From Microcoleus sp. (GTDB lineage: Bacteria; Cyanobacteriota; Cyanobacteriia; Cyanobacteriales; Microcoleaceae): 64,000 nt of DNA. Below are positions 1-7,311 of the stretch, piece after piece. The stretch covers positions 1 to 64,000 of the forward strand of contig JAYFMW010000029.1 of NCBI GenBank assembly GCA_042408215.1. The letters are read 5' to 3'. The translations under genes and the position numbers were made by a program. Below the pieces are notes generated by a model. It ran no database searches, was not told the DNA's origin, and worked only from the letters and a program-made list of their open reading frames with translations. Within the stretch, counting starts at the first letter, position 1. The number at the start of each line of letters is the position of its first letter.

Positions 1-279
1 AATCTAGAATACGAGCGGGTAAGCAACATATCGCATAACAACGTAGCGTCCGCTGTAGAAACAACCGATTGGACTAACGACGGCTCGTTTCCAGTGTGCA
101 ATTTCACTCAGAATTCCATCAACTTTTTAGACTGGGTAGATATCAGTCAGTTTGTTGCACTTGCTCTAGCAACTGTAGGACTGTTTGTGTTGGTAATTTC
201 TTTATTGCCATCAATCAACCCATTCAATTTATGCCCTGTTCGCATCAACATCAACATTCAATCAGGAACCACAAAATGA
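1..279 (+). CDS. Hypothetical protein, 5'-partial, with C-terminal hydrophobic helix
   Basis: Frame 1 is open from base 1 to TGA 277-279, which overlaps the next ATG (ATGA). Hydrophobic segment FVALALATVGLFVLVISLL. Confidence 0.55.
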   Translation, partial: NLEYERVSNISHNNVASAVETTDWTNDGSFPVCNFTQNSINFLDWVDISQFVALALATVGLFVLVISLLPSINPFNLCPVRININIQSGTTK

Positions 280-785
280 GTTTACAACTACGACTGTTTG
301 GTGGTGGCAATAAAGACAGCCAGCTTGCCACAAGTAACGATGGTGGCCACGCAATCGACAAATCTAAAGTGCTAGCAGCCACTGCACCCGGTGTCATTAC
401 CCCACAAAATCCTGGTAACTTTTCTAGTATCCGTAGCATCCCCGTAGTGCCGGCACCTCGCTATTTTGACCGGGAAGAAGCCGACAGAATCAAGGAATTG
501 GCAAAGGAAAAAACGGACGGTGCAAAGCAGTCTAAGAGAGCCTATGCAGCCCTGATAAAGATTGAAGAAGCCGACAAATCAGTGCATAAAAGTCACCGTA
601 AATATGAAGGTGCAGTGGCTGAGAATGAGTTAGGAAAAAAACGTGCTGATGCTGGTTTGGCTAAAAAGCTGCACGGTTTACGCCCTGGTTACGCCCGTTT
701 AGGACTGGGTATTGACAAAGCTGAAAATGATGCACGGACTCGGATTGATGCAATCAAAAGTAAGTTAATGGGAGGCTCTAACTAA
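276..785 (+). CDS. Hypothetical protein (169 aa, basic, helical C-terminal half)
   Basis: ATG 276 coupled to the upstream stop, with AGGA upstream; stop overlaps next start (TAATG). Confidence 0.7.
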   Translation: MSLQLRLFGGGNKDSQLATSNDGGHAIDKSKVLAATAPGVITPQNPGNFSSIRSIPVVPAPRYFDREEADRIKELAKEKTDGAKQSKRAYAALIKIEEADKSVHKSHRKYEGAVAENELGKKRADAGLAKKLHGLRPGYARLGLGIDKAENDARTRIDAIKSKLMGGSN

Positions 786-1048
786 TGAAAGCGATGTATC
801 TGGCAAATTATTTTGTCGCTGGGTGCATCGCGTCCTCCCTACTGGGATGGACTGCGAGCTTGCATCCGATGGCATTCAAGGCGATTACGTTTTTGGTGGC
901 AACAGTCGCCGTTGTTTGGACTTTATGCTGGCTGCTAGATTTCTCTATTAGTCAACTGCTGAAGGTTTCAGTTAGCGACTTACAAGCAGTTCTGGTTAGC
1001 GGGCTAGCTATGTTACTGATAGGTTTAGGAGTGTTTGTATGCACTTAG
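785..1048 (+). CDS. Small membrane protein (87 aa, about 3 TM helices)
   Basis: GGAGG RBS; almost entirely hydrophobic; overlaps both neighbours. Confidence 0.7.
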   Translation: MKAMYLANYFVAGCIASSLLGWTASLHPMAFKAITFLVATVAVVWTLCWLLDFSISQLLKVSVSDLQAVLVSGLAMLLIGLGVFVCT

Positions 1049-1332
1049 ATTTTGACGAATTATTAGCAGAGTTTATGGAGTTTAAAAAATCAGATTACAG
1101 ATATCTGGTTTCTGTCCGTCGGGATGCAAACACTCTAGAACTCTTTGATGGTGATGGCTCTGAATACCGCATAGAATTTGAGGACTGGTTACAGAGTAAG
1201 GTTTTCGAGGCGATTGAAGACGATTGCGACAGTACAGACTGGGATGCTATCGCGCGTAAGGTTTGTGAGTCACTTGGTGGTGGCTATTACTCACTCAAAG
1301 AGGCGGAAAGTGGGGGGGATTTATGCACCTAA
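1039..1332 (+). CDS. Hypothetical acidic protein (97 aa)
   Basis: AGGAG RBS; overlaps neighbours in the operon. Confidence 0.65.
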   Translation: MHLDFDELLAEFMEFKKSDYRYLVSVRRDANTLELFDGDGSEYRIEFEDWLQSKVFEAIEDDCDSTDWDAIARKVCESLGGGYYSLKEAESGGDLCT

Positions 1333-1868
1333 AAATGTTTGTTTTATCCGGTGCTGCACTGACTTTGTGGCTAACTCCCTTGAGTGCTTTGGATAAGAGA
1401 ATTGGCTGGCATAAAGCCATGCAAGGTGTCAGTCTTGTGCAGGCAATTGCTTGTGCAGTTAAAGCTGGTAATATTGCCTACAGACTGTCTCAACAGGGTG
1501 AGATAGAAGCAATCAAAGAGCGTGCAATTACCGCTGATGTGATTGATGAAATCTCGACATCTGCCTATGTTTCTCAACAGCAACGACAGCAGGAAGCAGA
1601 GCTTATTTTAGCTTCCCCCGATAGTGACACGGAAACTCACCGTAAGACTCTGGAAGCTATGTATACCAGCGACTTACAGGACTGCGCTTCCACTCCCAAC
1701 TCTCCTGATTACCCTGTATATCTGGAAGTTTGTAAGTCCTTAGAAATGGGTAAGTCTACCACTTGGATTATTGAGAACATCCTCAAAATGGGAGGACGTA
1801 AATTCTCAGAAGGCAAGGTGAAATTGCAAGCATTAATCAGTCAGTTTGAGGGGGAAAAGAATGAGTAA
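1323..1868 (+). CDS. Hypothetical protein with N-terminal hydrophobic segments and a small C-terminal helical domain
   Basis: G-rich RBS; 181-aa ORF coupled to neighbours. Confidence 0.7.
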   Translation: MHLKMFVLSGAALTLWLTPLSALDKRIGWHKAMQGVSLVQAIACAVKAGNIAYRLSQQGEIEAIKERAITADVIDEISTSAYVSQQQRQQEAELILASPDSDTETHRKTLEAMYTSDLQDCASTPNSPDYPVYLEVCKSLEMGKSTTWIIENILKMGGRKFSEGKVKLQALISQFEGEKNE

Positions 1869-2070
1869 AGCACCAAATATACAAACCACAACAGCCCTAA
1901 GATTAACTGGCACTAAGTCAGAAATAGGGCTAGTGTCTAGCGATTTTGCGAGACAAAGATTTCTCATGGAAGAACTAACGACAGGTACTACCCACAACGA
2001 GGGGAGGGTCATCAGTATGCTTACTACCTCAACGACTTGCAGTTACCCGGTTTGGAGTCAGCAGTCCTGA
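1861..2070 (+). CDS. Small hypothetical protein (possibly frameshifted/degenerate)
   Basis: ATG overlaps the previous stop region; GAGGGGG RBS. Confidence 0.35.
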   Translation: MSKAPNIQTTTALRLTGTKSEIGLVSSDFARQRFLMEELTTGTTHNEGRVISMLTTSTTCSYPVWSQQS

Positions 2071-2077
2071 ACTACAA

Positions 2078-2370
2078 GGCTGCTGAGGCTGAGTATAAGC
2101 AGTGAACAAGCTGCACAACCCTATAGGGTTGCACAAAACCATGAGTAAACTTTGGGGCTGCTGAGGCTGAGTATAGGCGCTTAGTCGGGGAGTAGTTGCA
2201 ACACGTATGTCCATCTCGGAAACCCTGAGGGTTTCGGGTGGTGCTACAGGGTTGTCGGAGTAAGTAGGTGCATCAGTGGTGCCTAGCGGGTACCACACAG
2301 TGGAAACTCTATGCAGTTTCCTTTAGTAGCGAAAACATAAAAAGCCCTGGGTTCTCTATGTTTTCGCTAA
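2078..2370. repeat. Cluster of direct repeats and palindromes (origin/operator-like)
   Basis: GGCTGCTGAGGCTGAGTATA at 2078 and 2156; palindromes CAACCCTATAGGGTTG (2116-2131) and GAAACCCTGAGGGTTTC (2219-2235); inverted repeat TAGCGAAAACATA...TATGTTTTCGCTA. Confidence 0.6.
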
Positions 2371-2914
2371 ACCTGATAAGCCTTACGTGGCCCTACAAGC
2401 TACCAGAGAAGCCATTGATGCACAAAAAGCGGTAAGATAAACATTATGTTCTGGCAACAAAGATGAAGGCAACCTTTCTATTCAACAACGGGATACGCGA
2501 GATAGTTGTAGAGGACATTCTCGATATAATCGGCTGGCACTTACACGGTATCTGGCAGTGGCTGGCCTACAACCGACTTAAGTATTTCTTTTGGCTGATG
2601 GATTCAAGCGGTAACTTGTTCTTTAACTGCCTCGCGAGTCACAACATCGCTTCATTTTGGGCTTACGTGCGACTGCAATGTCGGCAACAACGCAGCGAAC
2701 AAATACCGATAATTTTGAGTCTCCCCTGTTTCTGCAAGGGGTTGACCGGTAACAGTCTCACTGACAGCGCAGTTGCACCCGCAATCTAAAAATCGCGGGG
2801 CGGTCTCTTCTATGCTCTAAATTTTCCAAAAAGTAAACACCAAAAAACCGCTGTTTTCAATTGAGACCTGAGCTCAGCGGCGTTTTGGATCAATCCCTAC
2901 GGGGAATCATTACC

Positions 2915-5900
2915 ATGAATACTAACTCAAACAACGGTCAATCGTCAAGCACTGCTGAACTTATTTCTGTAACCAAGGCCAACCCTTGCCCCCACTGTGG
3001 CAAACCAGACTGGTGCTATTCTAAAGGTTCAGTAACCGTCTGTAACCGCGAACAGCCCCCCGCCACAGGATGGTATGCGACAAGCAAGTCAGACGTAAAC
3101 GGTAAGCTTTACTACGCATTGACTGCTGAGAAAAAACCAGCAGAGCGTACAGCAAAAAGCAAGTCAGGCAGTCAAAAGCCACAATCAAGGAAGGCAGTAG
3201 TCCAGAAGGCGGTCACGAAAACAATCCCAGCCCCGACTCCTACTGGACTTAAACTCCTGAAACTACCAGCCCCACAACAGGGTCCTGAACCTCAGAAGCC
3301 TAAATTTTTCCCCAAAGATGTACCTGCGGACGCACTACAAATCAACTACAACTACAGCCCCACTCAGGAAGTTTCGCGGTGGCAATGGCTAGACCCAAAA
3401 AGTCCAAAGGGACGCGCCAAAACTTATCGCCAAAATCACATTGACGGCGACGGCAAACAGGTATGGACTAAAGGTGATTTACCGTGGCCCGCCTACCGTC
3501 TTGATGAAGTAGTCGAGACTTTGGCGGGTATACCAGATGATGAACCCGTGGCCGTTCTCATGCTTGAGGGTGAGCCTAACGTAGAACTCGCGCGCTCTCA
3601 CGGCATCGCAGCCTTGACTATGCAGGGTTCTAATTGGAACCATCCAGAGATAAAGGCAACGGTTGACGCACTACAAGCAACTGGTAAGCAAGTCGTGCTC
3701 ATAATTCTGCGAGATAACGATGACACAGGGATTAACAAGGCCTCAGAGGTTGAGTCACTGTGTCGTTGGGCTCAGTCAGTGTGTAGCGGGCCCTATGTTC
3801 AATGCTTAATCATTGACCCAGTTGCCATTTATCCAGATATCCCAGATAAAGGGGATATTCAGGAGATTTTGGAAAATATGGACATTGAAGAGTTTATTCA
3901 ACGACTTGAAGCTGAAATTCACGCCGCTGCAACTGAAGAAATCAATGACAATTCTTTAACTCTTCACCCGCGCACGCAAGAGGATGTAGTACGTTTGTCG
4001 GAGACTAGTAGTGCCAACGACTACATCCCTGACACAGCACCGACTGCACTGCAAAATTTTGTACAAAAAGCAGAGGACGCACTGTTTGGAGATGGTCTTT
4101 GGGTGTCAATTGGTAGCCAACTGTACCACTCTGTCGGCAGTCATTATGAGTTGCAGCCGGAGGGTGAGGTAAAGCGTCGCATCGGTGACTGGCTGAATAC
4201 CTACTCTGAGAAGGTAAAGGGTGTTTGGGTTCACAATCGGGCAAAATCTAACAACGTTGCCGAAGTCTGGAACTGGGTAGTCGCCAGGACCGCGATTGAC
4301 CCCGACAAGATAAATCTTGATGGTTTGAACTGCTCTAACGGTGTGGTAAAGATTAATCCTGACGGTTCTCATTCACTTGTGCCACACAATCCCAGTCAGG
4401 TTTATACCTATGTGGGTGGCAAGTATGACCCCGACATAGACCCCACAGATTGCGATCGCCTTTTGGAATGTCTCGAACCACAGCAACGTGAAATTTTCAT
4501 CAGGACTGCTGCTGCTGCATTAAATCTGAAACTGGTACGGTCAAAGCTTACTGGTAAGGGGGTTAAAGGTTTACTTTGCTTTGGTGATGGGTCTAATGGC
4601 AAGGATACATTGCGGGCTGTTTTGGCTGCTGTTTTTGGACGGGGTATGACTCCTAAGTCACTGTCCGATTTCAAGGCTTACGATGGCGGGCGAAAGTTTA
4701 CGCTAGCGGGTTTAGAGGGCGGTATCTGTAATTGGGCCTCTGAGAATGCCTCAAACGTAAGTCTCGATAACCTCCAAAGCCTCAAGCAGTTTATTACCGG
4801 TGACCCGATTGATATTGAGCGCAAGGGTAAGGACAGTTATGAGTACAAGCCGACAGCTATCTTCCTAGCCAACTGCAACAAGCTACCATCCATCACTGGG
4901 GGGACGGCTGCGATTGATGACCGCTACGGCATTCTCAGTTTCAAAAAAACCTACAAGCGTGGTGCTGTCGCGTCTCAGGGTGAGTTAGAGGCAGACCCGC
5001 GCTTTAAGGATGACGAGAACTTCATCCTTGAACGGATTGCGCCGGCGTTGCTCAATAAAATGTTGGAGCGGTTTCCGTTGCTGTTGGTTGAGGGTATTGA
5101 CTACAAGGCAACTCGTGAGGCGATGCGAGAAGCTCAAGAAGAAAGTCGTCACTTGTGGCAGTTTGCTCGTGAGGTTGGGCTGGAATTTCACCCAGAAGGC
5201 AAGGTCTACATCGGAGACCTTTATAAAATATTGGAGGACTGGTATCAGGAGAACGGGTGGCTGACTATTGATAGCTCAGGCACAAAAATTAAAAAGTCTT
5301 GGGAAGCTGAATCGCCCTATGACTCACCAGTGAAAAAGTCTCAAGACTTGTATTTGCGCTTGAGGGAGTTGTTTCCCAAGATTGAGCGGCGGATTGATAC
5401 TCACGAGCGTTATGGTCACAAATTTATTTTTGGCTTGAAACTTGTAAATTCATCGCAAGCATCGCAAGGTTCTTGTACAGAGCCAGTTTCATCGCAAGGT
5501 TCATCGCAAGTGACTTGCGATGACACTTGCGATGAAACCCTTGTACAGAAACAACCTTGCTATCCTTGCGATGAATCTTCACTTTTTTCAGAATTTTTGC
5601 AATGGTTCTCAAAACAGCCAGAAAACGAGCGTGAGAAAATGGTAAAAATACTAACCCAACCTCAACCGCAACCTCAACCTCAACCGCAACCTCAACCTCA
5701 ACCAGAACAGCCGACACCACCGACACAGCCCAAGACCGTAACCCTCAAAAAAGGTCTGCGAGTCCGCTACGTGGGCGATAACGCCAATTGCTTAGCACAG
5801 TACGGGAAGCTTGACCTTGTGGTTGACGACATTAATAAACATCGTCAGGTTGCTTGTCTGAAGCCCGATGGCAGTTTTACCACATGGCTTAATCCACAAG

Positions 5901-5923
5901 ACTTAAGGGCGATTTCTGACTAG
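2915..5923 (+). CDS. Primase-helicase replication protein (N-terminal Zn finger, TOPRIM-like primase, D5/P4-type SF3 helicase)
   Basis: CPHCGKPDWC Zn motif; MLEGE...DND TOPRIM-like motifs; Walker A GDGSNGKDT; LKQFITGD..IERKGKD SF3 motif. Likely ATG at 2915 (ORF is open from 2861). Confidence 0.9.
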   Translation: MNTNSNNGQSSSTAELISVTKANPCPHCGKPDWCYSKGSVTVCNREQPPATGWYATSKSDVNGKLYYALTAEKKPAERTAKSKSGSQKPQSRKAVVQKAVTKTIPAPTPTGLKLLKLPAPQQGPEPQKPKFFPKDVPADALQINYNYSPTQEVSRWQWLDPKSPKGRAKTYRQNHIDGDGKQVWTKGDLPWPAYRLDEVVETLAGIPDDEPVAVLMLEGEPNVELARSHGIAALTMQGSNWNHPEIKATVDALQATGKQVVLIILRDNDDTGINKASEVESLCRWAQSVCSGPYVQCLIIDPVAIYPDIPDKGDIQEILENMDIEEFIQRLEAEIHAAATEEINDNSLTLHPRTQEDVVRLSETSSANDYIPDTAPTALQNFVQKAEDALFGDGLWVSIGSQLYHSVGSHYELQPEGEVKRRIGDWLNTYSEKVKGVWVHNRAKSNNVAEVWNWVVARTAIDPDKINLDGLNCSNGVVKINPDGSHSLVPHNPSQVYTYVGGKYDPDIDPTDCDRLLECLEPQQREIFIRTAAAALNLKLVRSKLTGKGVKGLLCFGDGSNGKDTLRAVLAAVFGRGMTPKSLSDFKAYDGGRKFTLAGLEGGICNWASENASNVSLDNLQSLKQFITGDPIDIERKGKDSYEYKPTAIFLANCNKLPSITGGTAAIDDRYGILSFKKTYKRGAVASQGELEADPRFKDDENFILERIAPALLNKMLERFPLLLVEGIDYKATREAMREAQEESRHLWQFAREVGLEFHPEGKVYIGDLYKILEDWYQENGWLTIDSSGTKIKKSWEAESPYDSPVKKSQDLYLRLRELFPKIERRIDTHERYGHKFIFGLKLVNSSQASQGSCTEPVSSQGSSQVTCDDTCDETLVQKQPCYPCDESSLFSEFLQWFSKQPENEREKMVKILTQPQPQPQPQPQPQPQPEQPTPPTQPKTVTLKKGLRVRYVGDNANCLAQYGKLDLVVDDINKHRQVACLKPDGSFTTWLNPQDLRAISD
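5451..5573. repeat. Iteron-like dyad within the primase-helicase gene (putative replication origin)
   Basis: CATCGCAAG at 5451, 5460, 5490, 5502; inverse CTTGCGATG at 5514, 5526, 5556 (variant), 5565; symmetric about 5512. Confidence 0.75.
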
Positions 5924-5938
5924 GGAATGATTAAACCC

Positions 5939-5995
5939 TTGACAGCCGTTTATATAAATGGTTATATAAAAGTATCAACCATTTACATAAACGGC
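5939..5995 (+). promoter_or_regulatory. Sigma70-type promoter overlapped by two palindromic operator-like sites
   Basis: TTGACA 5939-5944, then TTATAT/TATATA after 17-18 nt; CCGTTTATATAAATGG (5946) and CCATTTACATAAACGG (5979). Confidence 0.7.
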
Positions 5996-5996
5996 A

Positions 5997-6785
5997 ATGA
6001 GTACAACACGGAATACATCAGGTAAGTTTGTCGTAAAGTCCGAGCATCCCCGCAAAATCAGATCGGTGAACCTCACAGACAAGGCGTGGCAGTGGTTAGC
6101 GGACGTTGCGAGCTGCGCTGGCATTAGTCGCAACGACTACCTAGAAGCGATGGCAGAGGGTTATGTTCCATCTATGGAAACGGTGAGTGTCGAGATTAAA
6201 CCGCTTATGGAAACGGTAGAGCCTGAACCTAGCCCGATTATGGAAGCGGTGAGTGTCGAGTCTAAGCCGATTATGGAAACGGTAGAGCCTGAACCTAGCC
6301 CGATTATGGAAGCGGTGAGTGTCGAGTCTAAGCCGATTATGGAAACGGTAGAGCCTGAACCTAGCCCGATTATGGAAGCGGTGAGTGTCGAGATTAAACC
6401 GCTTATAGAAACGGTAAAATCTGATTATGACGCTTTACTGGAATCAAGCGCTCGCGTCACCAACAACCTTAAGGAAGAAGTGCAAAGACTGCGCTCTCAA
6501 CTGGATGTACAAAAAGCAGACTGGAGTGAATTGCTGGCAGATTTTGAAAACTCCGAGGCAGTACGCACTGACTTAGTATTGCAGGTGCAGATGTTGCAAT
6601 CAGAGTTGGGGGCAATCAGGACCGATCGCCCTGAGATTCAAAAATCTGTTCTGGCAGTCGCAGATTTTCCAGAACCAAGTGACTTACTCAACCAGTTGAG
6701 GACGCGGCGCAAAAAGTCGCGGGCGGACTTGGCGGATATAGAGGTGATTCTAGAGTTGCTTAATCAAGCTGGCAGTTCGTTGTGA
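5997..6785 (+). CDS. Putative ribbon-helix-helix DNA-binding protein with 11-aa repeats and coiled coil
   Basis: KIRSVNLTDKAWQWLADVASCAGISRNDYLEAMA fits the RHH beta-alpha-alpha pattern; ME(T/A)V repeats; heptad-rich C-terminal half. Confidence 0.7.
   Translation: MSTTRNTSGKFVVKSEHPRKIRSVNLTDKAWQWLADVASCAGISRNDYLEAMAEGYVPSMETVSVEIKPLMETVEPEPSPIMEAVSVESKPIMETVEPEPSPIMEAVSVESKPIMETVEPEPSPIMEAVSVEIKPLIETVKSDYDALLESSARVTNNLKEEVQRLRSQLDVQKADWSELLADFENSEAVRTDLVLQVQMLQSELGAIRTDRPEIQKSVLAVADFPEPSDLLNQLRTRRKKSRADLADIEVILELLNQAGSSL
6168..6414 (+). repeat. 33-bp-period (66-bp dimer) tandem repeat within the RHH gene
   Basis: CCRNYTATRGAARCGG motif at 6168, 6201, 6234, 6267, 6300, 6333, 6366, 6399. Confidence 0.9.
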
Positions 6786-6851
6786 GGGAACCATCACTTA
6801 CCGCTGGAACCGAGGTATTTTGCGAGTAAGACCTGACTACTGCCAAAACCG

Positions 6852-6925
6852 TTGATACTCAGTTGATACTCAGTTTGGTCGTTTTCTCGTCAAACTGTAG
6901 TCACTTGATACTCAGTTGATACTCA
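6852..6925. repeat. Two pairs of TTGATACTCA repeats, likely integrase arm-binding sites of the att region
   Basis: Copies at 6852, 6863, 6905 and 6916, about 90-160 bp from the tRNA 3' end. Confidence 0.6.
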
Positions 6926-6957
6926 ATTTGACCCCCGACTCACCGCTATTCTGAGCA

Positions 6958-7002
6958 ATAAAAAACCCCAAACCGTTGATTTACCGTAGGTTTGAGGTAT
7001 TT
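6958..7002 (-). terminator. Hairpin with T-tract downstream of tRNA-Gly
   Basis: AAAAACCCCAAACC...GGTTTGAGGTATTT imperfect inverted repeat; T-run on the minus strand. Confidence 0.45.
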
Positions 7003-7011
7003 AAAGACAGA

Positions 7012-7082
7012 AGCGGGCAGCGGGAATCGAACCCGCATGATTAGCTTGGAAGGCTAAAGTTTTACCACTAAACTATGCCCGC
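7012..7082 (-). tRNA. tRNA-Gly (TCC)
   Basis: Reverse complement GCGGGCATAGTTTAGTGGTAAAACTTTAGCCTTCCAAGCTAATCATGCGGGTTCGATTCCCGCTGCCCGCT folds as a cloverleaf with anticodon TCC. Confidence 0.97.
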
Positions 7083-7311
7083 ACACAATCTCTAACGATA
7101 CGCTAAAGTTCTCAAAATAGCAAGAGTTTTGTCAAAAAATTTTTACAGCCTCCCGAAAGTGGCTGGGGGATGACTCTGGACCACAGTTCCGAGGAAACTA
7201 GCTACCGGGGCTGACAGAACTTTCCAGTCAATTTCCAGTCTCGGAACACTTGTCTCGTCAGAGGTAGGGACAGAGGTAGGGACAATCCGCCGTAGTTGCC
7301 CCCGGATGGCT

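Larger units (their letters stand above)
1..7011. mobile_element. Integrated plasmid/satellite-like element (right part), inserted at the 3' end of tRNA-Gly(TCC); left end and integrase lie outside the window
   Basis: Primase-helicase, RHH regulator and unknown ORFs abut the tRNA 3' end. Repeated arm-like sites at 6852-6925. Only one perfect HIP1 seen (4452-4459), versus many in the flanking core genes. Confidence 0.8.

Noticed and set aside
2463..2789. 108-aa ORF upstream of the primase
   Set aside because: No recognisable motif or clear RBS; may be degenerate or non-coding control DNA.
5655..5705. (PQ)n repeat in the primase-helicase as a DNA element
   Set aside because: Best explained as a flexible linker before the small C-terminal domain.
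6168..6414. Mini-CRISPR in the RHH gene
   Set aside because: The intervening 17-mers alternate between two sequences and the array is in frame within a CDS.
1..7011. Complete prophage
   Set aside because: No capsid, terminase, tail or lysis genes are recognisable in the visible part.
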